Virus record (IMG/VR): IMGVR_UViG_3300029992_000006
Span: 1-59,109 of that record
Strand: one strand, 5' to 3'
Source of the DNA: a virus
Lineage: Duplodnaviria; Caudoviricetes
Length of the DNA stretch: 59,109 nucleotides
The translations under genes and the position numbers were made by a program. This document shows positions 47,160 to 57,452 of this stretch, in pieces. The stretch's first letter is position 1. Each line of letters starts with the position of its first letter. The notes under the pieces are model-generated. The model saw only the letters and a list, made by a program, of their open reading frames with translations, did no database searches and had not been told where the DNA came from.

Positions 47160-47369
47160 TTAGCCAATGGCGGCTGTGGAACCTTCTGCCCAGACCAAGG
47201 GCTTCTTCAAAGTCATGTGAACGTCGTTCTGCACCACCGCGCCGAACAGCTTGTAGCCCGTGATGGTCGTGGTTTCGGTTTCGTTGTCGAGCACGACCTG
47301 AAACGGCTCAAGCGCCATGTCGTCGATTTCGCAATTCGTTCCATTGATGCTGCAAGTGATCTTTGCCAT
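47160..47369 (-). CDS. small hypothetical virion-region protein
   Basis: AGGA SD; fills the gap. Confidence 0.65.
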   Translation of the reverse strand: MAKITCSINGTNCEIDDMALEPFQVVLDNETETTTITGYKLFGAVVQNDVHMTLKKPLVWAEGSTAAIG

Positions 47370-47377
47370 GTCAGTTC

Positions 47378-47965
47378 CTAGTTGATAGTGATGGTGCCCG
47401 CAGCCACTTGCGTCGTGACACCTGACGCGAGGGTGATCTGCAGGGAGAAGTAGCCGGTCGTCCAGGTGAGGCCGACCGTCGAGAAAGAGGGGGTGATCGT
47501 CATGCCGACAGGATCGACGGTGATGCCTGAGCCATTCGTCAGACTCAGCAGCACGTTCCCGACCTCCGGGTTCGGGTTGTCGAGGATATTCATCACCGCC
47601 GTCGCGCCGGTCAAAACAACCGGCGTGGAGTAGACCAAGAACCCGCCTGACGTGTAGGGCTGGTAGCCCGCGCTGTTGACATCGTTCAGCGCCACCGTGT
47701 TCGATGACAGCACGCTGACTGCCTCCCAGTCGCGCTCGCGCGGTGGGTAGTTGTTCGTGTTGATCTGGTTCATGCCGCCTGCGGATACGACTGATGCGCG
47801 CCAGCCAGTGACCATGCCGTGACCGTCCGCCGTAATGACAGCGGGCGCGGCGTTCGTGATGCCTGTGACCGGCACGCTCGTCAGCACGTCAGTACCCCAG
47901 CGGAGCACGACCACGAACGTCTCCCCAAGGGCGACATTCAGGCAGAGGTTGTCCAGGTAGCCCAT
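47378..47965 (-). CDS. structural protein with FCCH-like beta-barrel
   Basis: ITNAAPAVITADGHG...G motif. Confidence 0.65.
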   Translation of the reverse strand: MGYLDNLCLNVALGETFVVVLRWGTDVLTSVPVTGITNAAPAVITADGHGMVTGWRASVVSAGGMNQINTNNYPPRERDWEAVSVLSSNTVALNDVNSAGYQPYTSGGFLVYSTPVVLTGATAVMNILDNPNPEVGNVLLSLTNGSGITVDPVGMTITPSFSTVGLTWTTGYFSLQITLASGVTTQVAAGTITIN

Positions 47966-47967
47966 GA

Positions 47968-48420
47968 TTAATCCGGCATGTAGCCGACGGCGAGCTGCAC
48001 GTCGTTGACGGTCGCGTAGGTTGGCGTACCGATGACCTCAAGCACTGCATAGAACGCTGGGCTGGCACCGGAGAACGCCTTCGCGCAGTCCGCTGTGGTT
48101 TGCGCAACGGTCAGACCGCCGACAGTCGTCACGTCGGTCAGGTGCAGAATGCCGATGACCTTGCCGAAATCTGCGGAGTTGATCGTGATCGCTGCGCGAT
48201 CCGTGAACGTCGAACTGGCCGGCAGCGCGTTAAACAGGATCAGGTTGTAAGTGCATGTCTGCGTACCAGCGCAGTTCACCTGGGCGTCGAGTATGCGCCC
48301 TGATGTGGACTGGACGGGCGATACCGGGATCGTGATCAGGCCCCCGACGCAGTACGCGCTTGTATAAGCGGCAGCGGTGACGGTCAGGGCTATCGGGGCG
48401 AGCTTGGTGTTCTTCGACAT
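47968..48420 (-). CDS. hypothetical virion protein
   Basis: ATG48420; AY...VGG motif. Confidence 0.7.
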   Translation of the reverse strand: MSKNTKLAPIALTVTAAAYTSAYCVGGLITIPVSPVQSTSGRILDAQVNCAGTQTCTYNLILFNALPASSTFTDRAAITINSADFGKVIGILHLTDVTTVGGLTVAQTTADCAKAFSGASPAFYAVLEVIGTPTYATVNDVQLAVGYMPD

Positions 48421-48428
48421 GTTCAGCC

Positions 48429-49124
48429 TTAATAAACGCGTGGTCTGTAGTGAGAGCCTCCACCGTGCATCGGGATGCCGCCGTAAGCCGTGATGCGTGT
48501 CTTGTGCATGGCGCGGGCTTTTTCCTTCAGTGCCTCGCCGCAATATTCTTTGAACTTCATCTCGAAGTCCGCAGCCCTGCCCTTGTCGAATGTTTCCGCG
48601 TCCTGCTTGCTGTAGCCGCGATACTTCATCCAGTACATCAGGCCATCTTTATGCTGCTCGTCGACCTCAAGCTCTTGGTCGCCTTCGTCGGTAATCCTGT
48701 GCAGCGGCAGGCGATCTACCAGCAGCTGCACGGTGTCAACAGTGGCCGGCGCTGGGTAAAACCGCGCATACTCCGGCTCCATGCCGATAATCAAATACTC
48801 TGGCATGCCCGTTCGCCCGTCGAATCGGATACGTCGGGTACGCATATCCTCGAAGTTGATGACCTCGATCAGCCTGCCGTCCGAGACCCGGTACGCATCA
48901 CGTATCTTCAGAATCCGCTTGTCGATCTTCACCCTGTCCGTGGTGAGCGTCATCGGCAGCATCGTGAAGGGCGACGTGGTATCTGCCAGCCCCCCTATCA
49001 ACTTGACGAACTTGTTCTGTGCGCTATCGACGAACCCGTACACTTCTTCATCGGACCAAAGATACGGCTCTACCGTATCGTTCATCTCGGTGCGGAACAT
49101 CTCGTACAGGTCGTCGGAGTTCAT
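48429..49124 (-). CDS. head-tail adaptor-like protein
   Basis: FR...D...PYLWSD; YPAP; YSKQDAETFD. Confidence 0.7.
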   Translation of the reverse strand: MNSDDLYEMFRTEMNDTVEPYLWSDEEVYGFVDSAQNKFVKLIGGLADTTSPFTMLPMTLTTDRVKIDKRILKIRDAYRVSDGRLIEVINFEDMRTRRIRFDGRTGMPEYLIIGMEPEYARFYPAPATVDTVQLLVDRLPLHRITDEGDQELEVDEQHKDGLMYWMKYRGYSKQDAETFDKGRAADFEMKFKEYCGEALKEKARAMHKTRITAYGGIPMHGGGSHYRPRVY

Positions 49125-49498
49125 GCTTCGCTGCCGCCCTTGCCTTCTTTGAACTCCTGCCACAGCTTGTCGCGCTCTTTGCTGTCGAGTACGAAGCCCA
49201 GCTGCGCGGTCAGCGCCTTGATATGCGGTACGCCGGTACCCATGAAGCTGTCGCGCTTGGCGCCGTTCACCATCTGCTCGAACGCTTCCATAATCGTGGC
49301 TCTGCGGGCGACTGGGTCTGACGGCTCCCTCGACTCGAACGTCTTTGGCTCGGGTAGTTCTTCCTCCGGCTGCGCGCCGAGGGCAAGTACCTCTGGCCAC
49401 ATACCAGGCGGCACATGGGTGCTGACGCCCTTCTTGAACTCGACGGAGCGCCCTGAGAGGGATCGCACCGTCTTGTCTCTATTCAGTGTGAAATTCAT
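49121..49498 (-). CDS. hypothetical protein
   Basis: AGGA SD; ATGA overlap. Confidence 0.7.
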   Translation of the reverse strand: MNFTLNRDKTVRSLSGRSVEFKKGVSTHVPPGMWPEVLALGAQPEEELPEPKTFESREPSDPVARRATIMEAFEQMVNGAKRDSFMGTGVPHIKALTAQLGFVLDSKERDKLWQEFKEGKGGSEA

Positions 49499-49520
49499 GT
49501 CGATGGTCCTAAGTAATTAG

Positions 49521-49542
49521 AAAACAGGGGCCGAAGCCCCTG
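49521..49542 (-). terminator. intrinsic terminator after the capsid genes
   Basis: CAGGGGC-TTCG-GCCCCTG-TTTT on the - strand (cUUCGg loop). Confidence 0.8.
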
Positions 49543-49561
49543 GCTATTCACCCAGTGAAAC

Positions 49562-50062
49562 TTAGGTGATCTGCACTTCCTGAGCGCGTCCGTCGATGGT
49601 GTACATCACGCGAATTCGGAACTTGCCTGCTGTGGCGTTAGCCACGGTGTAGGCGAGCGTCATGCGCAGGTTCGAGCCTGTATTCGGGTCTTCCGTGACC
49701 AGAGACGTCAGGGTCAACGCTGTACGGCCAGTTGCCATCAGATTGACTGCGGATAGTAAATCCGTAGTCGAACCGGCGATACCAAGTGAGAGCGTGGCGG
49801 CGGTACAGCCGGCATAGGCGGTGTCGACGATCAGCTCACCACCCGTAATCACCGCGCCTGTTGGCATCGGGATACAGTCGAATGTGATGGTGTTCGCTAC
49901 TGGGCCGGTCAAGCCGGCTTGCGTAGGGTCAGTAGCCAGGGCCACCGTGGACCCCAGCGTTTCAGCAACCAAGCTAACCGAGTCATAGACCCAATTGTTA
50001 TAGTTGCCGATGAACTGAGCGACCAGCGGGTACTGGGCAGAACGGGATGCGATGAGATTCAT
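49562..50062 (-). CDS. capsid decoration/cement-like protein
   Basis: Immediately after the MCP; beta-rich. Confidence 0.6.
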   Translation of the reverse strand: MNLIASRSAQYPLVAQFIGNYNNWVYDSVSLVAETLGSTVALATDPTQAGLTGPVANTITFDCIPMPTGAVITGGELIVDTAYAGCTAATLSLGIAGSTTDLLSAVNLMATGRTALTLTSLVTEDPNTGSNLRMTLAYTVANATAGKFRIRVMYTIDGRAQEVQIT

Positions 50063-50074
50063 GGCTGGTTATCC

Positions 50075-51187
50075 TTATTTCTGAGCGACGTAGCACGACA
50101 ACACACCGAAATCCTGCACGGTGTTGTTGTTGTAGATGTTGCCGAAGCGTGGTTTCAGGAAGCCCAGGATTTTGCCGACGGCGATAGCCTGTTGGTTCTC
50201 GAAGTCGAATCCTTTTTCTTCCCACTCTGGGGCACCGATGTCTGCCATGCCGAGCGCTTGAGCGCCACAGAACAAAATCTGAGCACCTTCGACGGTACCG
50301 GACGCGCCGTACTTGGAGCCGGAAGCAGCGCCAGTGGTACACGGTACGTGTCGGAACTCGTGCAGGTAGATACCATCGATCTTGACCGAGGAACCGGAGA
50401 ACAGCTTGTCGTTCACGTCCTTGTTCTGCGAGTGCCGCAAGTTCAACAGGTAGGTCGGATCGAGCTTCAGGTTCGCCATCGCGGAAGGCGTCAGGAACGC
50501 GTGGAAAGTTTCTTCGCCGCTTTCCATTACGCCACGGATGTAGTTGTTCTTGGCGGCTGCTTTAAGGCCGACGAACATTTCCCATGACACTGTATCAACT
50601 GCAGTAACAGTGCTCGACGCACCACCGGCAACCAGCACCTTGTTGGTGTTGTCCCAGCGGAATACGCGTAGATTGGTCGGCGCAGTAACATCGGCAGCGA
50701 ATTCGAGGTACGGCAGATCGGAGCCAACGCGCAGTGCGCCGTTGGTCTGGTAGGCGTAAGAGATGCCGCCCAGCGTCAGGAACGCCATCTGGTCGATACG
50801 ATCCGAGAGCCAGTACGCCAGCACGTTGCGGGCATTGCCACGGAATTCGACAATAGACTTCTGATCGGCGATGCGACCTTCGTGGCGGTTAGCGTGACGC
50901 AGCTGATCGACGCGAATGACCTGATCAAAGGTCTGCATCGCTTCTTCGTTGCCTTCCAGTGTGCGGTCGCCTGCGATACCGTCACCGACCAAGTCGGCGA
51001 GCAGTGTAATTACGGCGCGTGCGCCCTTTTCGGATTTCTTCAGCTCAGTGATGTGCTGAACCATCGCACCGGGGCCGTTGCCCAGGAATTTGCCGATGAA
51101 TGATTGGTTACGGGCATTCTTCCAGAGATCACGACTCCACATCGTTTTCTGGTTGTTGGTCAAAAGCCCAAAATTGGTCAATGCCAT
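50075..51187 (-). CDS. major capsid protein, N4-gp56/DUF4043 type
   Basis: GARAVITLLADL.GDG; LEGNEE; DQLRHA; FCGAQAL; DFGV. Confidence 0.92.
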   Translation of the reverse strand: MALTNFGLLTNNQKTMWSRDLWKNARNQSFIGKFLGNGPGAMVQHITELKKSEKGARAVITLLADLVGDGIAGDRTLEGNEEAMQTFDQVIRVDQLRHANRHEGRIADQKSIVEFRGNARNVLAYWLSDRIDQMAFLTLGGISYAYQTNGALRVGSDLPYLEFAADVTAPTNLRVFRWDNTNKVLVAGGASSTVTAVDTVSWEMFVGLKAAAKNNYIRGVMESGEETFHAFLTPSAMANLKLDPTYLLNLRHSQNKDVNDKLFSGSSVKIDGIYLHEFRHVPCTTGAASGSKYGASGTVEGAQILFCGAQALGMADIGAPEWEEKGFDFENQQAIAVGKILGFLKPRFGNIYNNNTVQDFGVLSCYVAQK

Positions 51188-51300
51188 TTGGCACCTCCGT
51201 AAGTTGATTGAAATTAGTCACAACTGCTGCTGTGTCGAATTTCGTCTCGACCTACGAGGTGGCCCGTATCGGGAGCCAAGCGGGGTACTACATGTTCGTG

Positions 51301-51345
51301 ATTCTAAAACAAAAATAGATAGACTGCAAGCAGTCTATCTATTTT
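51301..51345 (-). promoter_or_regulatory. sigma70-like promoter overlapped by a 34-bp palindrome upstream of the MCP
   Basis: - strand TTGCAG-N17-TAGAAT; 16-bp arms 51312-51327 and 51330-51345. Confidence 0.55.
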
Positions 51346-51366
51346 ATTAGACTCGTAAAGCTGGGT

Positions 51367-51774
51367 TTAGGCGCTTAGTAGTGCGTGCCACACAGCCGGT
51401 GCGTCGGACACGCAGAAGAACGTGACCGTCTTCCCAGCCGCCAACGCATAGGCGGCATTCACAGCCAGCGCGTTGATAGCATCGCCGACACCGGGGAAGA
51501 CATTCAGGCTGTTCGCTGCAGCTGCATTAGCGACGGTAATCGAATTACCGGCAACCGCAAGGGGAAGCAGAACCGAATCGCCTGCTGAGGCCACTGTAGT
51601 GACACGGGCGATCTGGGTGGTGATAGGATACCCGGTGGTCTGTCCGCCGCCAGCATGAGCTGTTACGGCATCCATGTAGGTCTCCACGAAGAACCCTGGG
51701 GTGGACATGTTGCCCCCGGCGTTTCGTGGGCTGTTCATGGCTTGTTCTGCTGCGTCTCTTGATCCGATGCTCAT
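51367..51774 (-). CDS. head decoration-like protein
   Basis: TAHAGGGQ; VTTVASAGDSVLLP; VFP..GD.IN. Confidence 0.65.
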   Translation of the reverse strand: MSIGSRDAAEQAMNSPRNAGGNMSTPGFFVETYMDAVTAHAGGGQTTGYPITTQIARVTTVASAGDSVLLPLAVAGNSITVANAAAANSLNVFPGVGDAINALAVNAAYALAAGKTVTFFCVSDAPAVWHALLSA

Positions 51775-51816
51775 AATTTTCTTTCAAGTGGTTGGTACGG
51801 TTAAGTATGGGGCCGG

Positions 51817-52800
51817 TTACAGCTCGTCGCCCCGCAGTTTAGCTAACGTCTTCTCGTCAATAGCCGCGAAGTCCTTCTGGCTCATAGCCATAGCGCGTTC
51901 AGCGGTCAACGCGCCGCCCTGCTCGTCGCTATTCACCCCGACTTTCGTCAGCGAGGCTGGGGTCTTGTTCACTGCGTCGATCCCTGCCTTCAGGGCGGCT
52001 TCCCTGCGGGCGGCAGCAACGTCTTCTTTTTTGACGTTCGGCGTCACTTCAGTCGCGATCTCCTGCTTCTTCGTGCCGGCACCGAGCATCTTGGTTACGG
52101 CTTTCTGCAGCGCCGCCGAGGGAGCCAGCCCTTTGCGCTCGTAGGTGGCCTTCAGGTCCAGGATATCTTCGACCTGCTCGCTGTCATATGCCTCGTCGTT
52201 AGGGTTCAGCACCGGGTACGCCGACTCCAGCCGTTCCACGACGGTGTCGTAGCGCACACGCTCGACTGCGCGCACTTCCGCCTGCTGCACCTTCATATCT
52301 GACTGGTACTCGCGCACATCCCGCTCCAGACGGCGAATTTCGCTCATCTTGGCAGTGGCCTTTTCGATCTCGCCGTCAGCCAGGAGCTTGTTGTACTCCG
52401 CCTCCAGGCCGACGATCTTCGTCTCGGCGGCATTCAAGTCCTGGTTGACCTTGACGACTTGCTCGCCCTGCTTGTACTTAGCCAATTCAGCGACGAGCGC
52501 GGCGCGCTCTGCGCGCTCTTTCTTGAGGATCGCGTCGTGACGCTCGAAAGGAACGGGTTTTTGCTTCGCTTTCAGCGCTTCGGCGGCTTTCTCTTCGTCC
52601 GTCTGGTCTAACTTCGTCTCGTCGACGACCTTGTCATCTTTGAGCGGATCAACAATCGTGGCAGGATCGACTTTGTCTGCCGGAGCACCGTCGCCGAGGG
52701 TGACTTCGTTGCCCCAGTCTTCAGCGCCGCCGCCTTCGTCGCCTGCGGCGTACATGAAGAAGGGGGCGAGGAGGAATTTTAGGAGTTTGGAGTATTTCAT
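51817..52800 (-). CDS. capsid scaffolding protein
   Basis: Between portal and MCP; VPFER motif; charged coiled coil. Confidence 0.75.
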   Translation of the reverse strand: MKYSKLLKFLLAPFFMYAAGDEGGGAEDWGNEVTLGDGAPADKVDPATIVDPLKDDKVVDETKLDQTDEEKAAEALKAKQKPVPFERHDAILKKERAERAALVAELAKYKQGEQVVKVNQDLNAAETKIVGLEAEYNKLLADGEIEKATAKMSEIRRLERDVREYQSDMKVQQAEVRAVERVRYDTVVERLESAYPVLNPNDEAYDSEQVEDILDLKATYERKGLAPSAALQKAVTKMLGAGTKKQEIATEVTPNVKKEDVAAARREAALKAGIDAVNKTPASLTKVGVNSDEQGGALTAERAMAMSQKDFAAIDEKTLAKLRGDEL

Positions 52801-54962
52801 GTCTTTGTTCCTGGTTGTGGTTTAGGTTGGCTTCTCGCGGCGATTCTGTCGGAGACCGCCTTCTCCGCTGCTGCTTTTTGATCCAGCTGCGCTTTCATGT
52901 TCATCTCTTCCCGCTTCATCTGCAGCTCTGCGTGCAGCTTCTCCTGCTCCAGCTGGAATTTCTGCTGGGCCATCTGCTGCTCGTGCTGGAACTTCCGCTC
53001 GTTCAGGGCGATCTCCGCCTGCACTTTCGCCTGCTCTGCCTGGGACTCTGCTTCCGGCCCTTCAATCGGGGTCATGGCCTCTTTCTGGGTAGCGACGCCC
53101 TCTTTCCTCGCCTTGGCATCCTTCAGCACAGCGTCCGCGTCTTTCTGCTTCGTTTCAGCCTCAGTCTTCGTGACCTCCGCTGTCTGCTGGCGCAGGGCCA
53201 GCTTCTGCTGCTCCTGGGCTTCCGGCGACTGGGAAGCTGCCTGCATCTGCTTGATGAGATCGTTCTTGTTGAGCAGCCGGGACGTGTTGATGATGAACGC
53301 GTCAGGTATGTTGATGCCGAGGTCTTTCTTCATGGAGACCGCCTGATCGAACTGGCTGTCTTCCAGCGTCTCGCGCTGCGGCACCGAACTGATCGTCACG
53401 TCGAACTCGCCCAGCATCAAGTCGTTCACGACAGTGCCGTCGGGCTGCACCTGATTGATCGTGACATTTTCTGTGCCGCCCCCAGGCGTGTCATGGGTGA
53501 TGGTGAGGATGCGTTCTTCTGTGTAGAAGGTCTGTACGAGGTCCAGCACGTTCCGGGCGATCATGAAGTCCGTCCGCACCAGACTGTCCAGCGGCTTGGC
53601 GAGGTTCGTGTTGGCGGCTTTCTTCTTTTCCTGAATCGCCTTAGCCGCAACATCCTCCCTGTCCTGCCCCTGCTGGCTGTCGGTGATGCCAGAAATCGTT
53701 TTGATGCTCTCCTCGGCCTTGTAACTGATCCGGTCGAGACCCTGCGGCGTGGCGTTAGGCTGCAGCTTCTCAATATCGTCCAGTGAATTGGCCATCTCGA
53801 TCACCAGCCCTGTCTCGGCCCCGCGCTGCTCCAGCTCCTCTATCGACATCGTGGCAAGCGCCCCGCTCTTGACCTTGTAGCCGCCGTTCGCGCTGCTGTT
53901 GACGACGTGCAGCTCCTGCGATGTGACCTTGTTCAGCAGCTCCTGCGGGCCGACCAGATTCTCGACCAATCCGATAGTGGTGCCGCGCCGGAAGTACGGG
54001 AAATAAGGGATGACTGTGAAGTGCTTGTATGGCGACCAGTCATCGTGCAGCACGACGTTGTCACAGATCACCGTCCAGCGGATACGTTTGACGAGCCGAG
54101 GGATGACCTGATAACCGAACTGCTGGACGACTGCGGCGATGCGGTCACGATCCCAACCCTCTGGAACCGGGCGCATATTCCCCGTTTTTGGGTCGATGAA
54201 GTGTTTCTGGCGGTCCATAATGCGGTGCTGGCGCTCAATCACGCGCAGACTGCGCACAACCGGCGACTCGTCGTATGCCTGAGCCTGCCCGCCGTAGTTG
54301 GCGTTGAATGGCAGGCCGAACCTGTCACGGATGTTGTCAATGGAGTCGTAGCCGTAGGGGTAGTAGCTGTCGTCGCGGTTGCGCAGATACTCCGCATCTT
54401 CCTTACTGTACAGGATGGCGATATCGTCGGCAGTCATCCACTTCGTGACAAACACCTCGTTCCAGCTGTCCGGGTCGTGCTCCTCGGCGTCGTTGTCGAC
54501 GATCACGTTCTTCGGGTTGATCGTCTCGATCCGCACTTCGCCCTGCATGGAGGCATTAAAGTCCAGCCTGACATCAAGATACCCACGGCTGGTGATAATC
54601 CCGTCTGCGAACATGTCGCTACGCCGCCAGTCAAGCTGATTATTGTCAGATATCTGTTTGAACACCTTCGTCAGCACGTCGGCGGTGGCAGGGTCAGCGC
54701 CGGACTTAGGCCGGAAACTGATCTCTGAGCGGTTATATATCTGCTCCCCCATTACGTTGCCGATGGTGGAGATGATTTTATTGATCGTCAGCGCGGGGCG
54801 GCGCGCGGCGCGAAGGGCTGCTCGATCTGCCTCAGTCCACTGGTTGCCCTGGAAAAATTGCTCGCAGGTATCGGCTTTCAGGACGTACTGGGCATGCCCG
54901 TTGTCCCTACAGTAGGCATAGCGATACCAGACCTTTGAAGCCGACTCGGTGTTAAGGGGCAT
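52797..54962 (-). CDS. portal protein (N4/P22-like)
   Basis: F.GNQW; RPALTINKI; PQELLNK; follows TerL. Confidence 0.9.
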   Translation of the reverse strand: MPLNTESASKVWYRYAYCRDNGHAQYVLKADTCEQFFQGNQWTEADRAALRAARRPALTINKIISTIGNVMGEQIYNRSEISFRPKSGADPATADVLTKVFKQISDNNQLDWRRSDMFADGIITSRGYLDVRLDFNASMQGEVRIETINPKNVIVDNDAEEHDPDSWNEVFVTKWMTADDIAILYSKEDAEYLRNRDDSYYPYGYDSIDNIRDRFGLPFNANYGGQAQAYDESPVVRSLRVIERQHRIMDRQKHFIDPKTGNMRPVPEGWDRDRIAAVVQQFGYQVIPRLVKRIRWTVICDNVVLHDDWSPYKHFTVIPYFPYFRRGTTIGLVENLVGPQELLNKVTSQELHVVNSSANGGYKVKSGALATMSIEELEQRGAETGLVIEMANSLDDIEKLQPNATPQGLDRISYKAEESIKTISGITDSQQGQDREDVAAKAIQEKKKAANTNLAKPLDSLVRTDFMIARNVLDLVQTFYTEERILTITHDTPGGGTENVTINQVQPDGTVVNDLMLGEFDVTISSVPQRETLEDSQFDQAVSMKKDLGINIPDAFIINTSRLLNKNDLIKQMQAASQSPEAQEQQKLALRQQTAEVTKTEAETKQKDADAVLKDAKARKEGVATQKEAMTPIEGPEAESQAEQAKVQAEIALNERKFQHEQQMAQQKFQLEQEKLHAELQMKREEMNMKAQLDQKAAAEKAVSDRIAARSQPKPQPGTKT

Positions 54963-54974
54963 ATTTTCTCTCTG

Positions 54975-56525
54975 CTACGCCGACATGTGCGACGCGTTCG
55001 CGCGGGTACCGCGTAATCTGTCTTTCCAGGACTTCTTGCCCTTCGCCTTCGGCATCTGCGGCGGCTCACTACCCACTGCCATCTGCGCCATCCACGCCAT
55101 ACTGTCAACACAATCATCGTGTACGCCAGCCGGGAAGCGCAGCATCTCATTTCTGACCGTGTCGTACCACTCGCCTGTGTGGTTGAAGCTCACCATGCCC
55201 TGCTGCATCCGGCCCTGAAGCGCCCTGCCTCGCGCCAGCTTGTCCGTAATCGGTCTGAGGACAACGATGGAGGGGTAGAAATTCGTCTCCCGCATGCGCT
55301 TTTTCAGCAGGGCCTCAATCGAGCGGTAAATCTGCCCATCCTCGACGCCAATCGTTAGACTCGCATGGTACCACTTCTTAGATAGATTTAAAATAGATTC
55401 GACGATAAAAAAAGCGTCAGCAGACTTGAACCGCACCACCTCCGCTACGTGCAGCACATCGTCGTAATCCTGCAGACCTACCGTACCGACCGTGTAATCG
55501 TTGTGAGCTTTCTCACTGATGGCGAAATCCCACGCGATGTAGACCCGGCTCTGGAGTAGCAACGGGATCGGCCCACGTTTGAACTGATCCTTGGTGAAGT
55601 AGCTGCCGTCGTCGGGTACCGGGTTCTGCTGGTACAACGCAGCCCAGAAGCGGTTGGCGATGGTCGCCTTGATCCGGCGAAGTTTAACGATATCGTAGCG
55701 GGCTTCGTGGAGGCAGTCGCCTTTCTGCCGCAGCAGCCGACCGTTCGCCGGGGCGGTGTCGTAGACGATTAAGTCAGTGTCGGTATCCAGATACTCGTCG
55801 TGCTCCGCAATCGCCGGGTATTTGACGATCTCGAACTGGTCAGCCTCCGGGTCGGCGATCATGGCCTGCTGCAGCTTGCCAGCCAGATCGTCATCGTGCC
55901 ACCATGTCTGAATGACAAGTACGCCGGCACCTGGGGCCAAGCGCGTGTAAGCCGTCGAGCCGTACCAGTCCCACAGGGACTCGCGCGTGGTGGCGCTGTC
56001 CGCCTCTTCCGCGTTCTTGATCGGGTCATCAATGACCAGGATGTGCGCGCCCTTGCCTGTGATCCCACCGCCGACACCGGCTGCGACGTAGCCGCCTGTG
56101 TCCCCGGCGATAGCCCACTCTTCCGTGGAGCGGTTGTCGGGGTTCAATCGGGCGTCGAACACAGTCTGAAACGCAGGGTCGTCGAACAGGGCCTTGATCT
56201 TCTTGGAGAACCCCATCGCCAGGGAGATGTTGTACGAGCAGGCGATGAATTCGTGATCCGGGTGTCGTCCAAGGTGCCACGCCGGGAACATCTTGGAGGC
56301 CAACTCACTCTTACCATGACGCGGCGGCATCAAGAGCATCAACCGTGGGCTTAAGCCAGCCGCTACGTCGTCGCTGAACCTCTCCAACCGCCTGCAGATA
56401 TCCTCATGCACCCAGCCAGCCATGTACTTCGGGTTCATGCGCCGCACGAACGACAGCAGCTTTCTGCGCGCCATGATCCGGCTCGCCATCTCCTGCTTGG
56501 CGGCGAGCGCGGGCTTAGTCGTCAC
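54975..56525 (-). CDS. terL: terminase large subunit
   Basis: MPPRHGKS; IDDPIK; LYQQNP; WDFA; FPAGVHDDCVD. Confidence 0.95.
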   Translation of the reverse strand: MTTKPALAAKQEMASRIMARRKLLSFVRRMNPKYMAGWVHEDICRRLERFSDDVAAGLSPRLMLLMPPRHGKSELASKMFPAWHLGRHPDHEFIACSYNISLAMGFSKKIKALFDDPAFQTVFDARLNPDNRSTEEWAIAGDTGGYVAAGVGGGITGKGAHILVIDDPIKNAEEADSATTRESLWDWYGSTAYTRLAPGAGVLVIQTWWHDDDLAGKLQQAMIADPEADQFEIVKYPAIAEHDEYLDTDTDLIVYDTAPANGRLLRQKGDCLHEARYDIVKLRRIKATIANRFWAALYQQNPVPDDGSYFTKDQFKRGPIPLLLQSRVYIAWDFAISEKAHNDYTVGTVGLQDYDDVLHVAEVVRFKSADAFFIVESILNLSKKWYHASLTIGVEDGQIYRSIEALLKKRMRETNFYPSIVVLRPITDKLARGRALQGRMQQGMVSFNHTGEWYDTVRNEMLRFPAGVHDDCVDSMAWMAQMAVGSEPPQMPKAKGKKSWKDRLRGTRANASHMSA

Positions 56526-57150
56526 GCATCACCTCATCGAACGCCACATCCTCGATCTCACCCTTGATCAGCTTCAGCAGATCGGCGTCGGAGGCTCGTT
56601 CGAGGCGCTTCATAGTGAGGTCGCCCGTGATGTTTATGTCAATTTTTTTGGTGTTTTCTTGATAATATCCGCACATTCTTCCGATTTCCCGCCATGCGCC
56701 TGTCAAAGCGGTCGGGTCGGCCAGTGTGCGAGCCATGTCAGCAGCCTCCAGGAAGCCGTCCATGACCTTTTTACGGGTCATCTGTGCCGCAGCCACGTAC
56801 AGGGCTTTTTCGGCGTCGTATATCCTTAAAATCGCCGGGTCTTTTGCCAGCCGGTAACACATTGCTCCACTATCGGCATAACCCGCGCGGTAACTGGCGC
56901 TCAGGATCGTCTCGCCAGCAGCCCACTCTTTGACGAAAATTTTCTGTTTTTCGGTGAGCGGTCGATTAGGGTTTTGGGTTTCGATGATGGCGATCTTGCC
57001 GCCGTTGGTCGGTGTCTTGCGGAGCGCAGCGATGCGCTTAGCCTGCCCTTCCGGGGAGGCATTTTGTTTTGACCTTAGTCGGGGTTTCGGGGTGAGGTCG
57101 TCCCTGGCCCTGATTTTCAGGTCGGCGGGGTCTTTGCGTTTGGTCATCAC
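56515..57150 (-). CDS. terS: terminase small subunit
   Basis: LTEKQKIFV...ASYRAGY HTH; upstream of terL. Confidence 0.85.
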   Translation of the reverse strand: MMTKRKDPADLKIRARDDLTPKPRLRSKQNASPEGQAKRIAALRKTPTNGGKIAIIETQNPNRPLTEKQKIFVKEWAAGETILSASYRAGYADSGAMCYRLAKDPAILRIYDAEKALYVAAAQMTRKKVMDGFLEAADMARTLADPTALTGAWREIGRMCGYYQENTKKIDINITGDLTMKRLERASDADLLKLIKGEIEDVAFDEVMRDD

Positions 57151-57452
57151 GCGAGTCTAACTTAGATCGTAAATCTTTTCAGAAAAATTTTTATGAAAAT
57201 TTCTGGGTTACGTCGGTCTGGGTCCCTCACCTACCCCTCGTCATCAGCCGCCCCCACTTCGGTTTCCGCACCCAGCGCCCGGATAAGGAGTCTCTTTTAC
57301 CCCGGCCACGCAGCAAGGAACTCCAAGCATTCCGAACCCCGCTCCGAGTTCTTGGCGCTCGCCACCACACATCCAACCACAAGGACACGGTGAGGCTGTG
57401 TCCTTGGTCTGTCTGCCTTGGTGTTGTCTATACATTAACCAAGGAGATAGTC

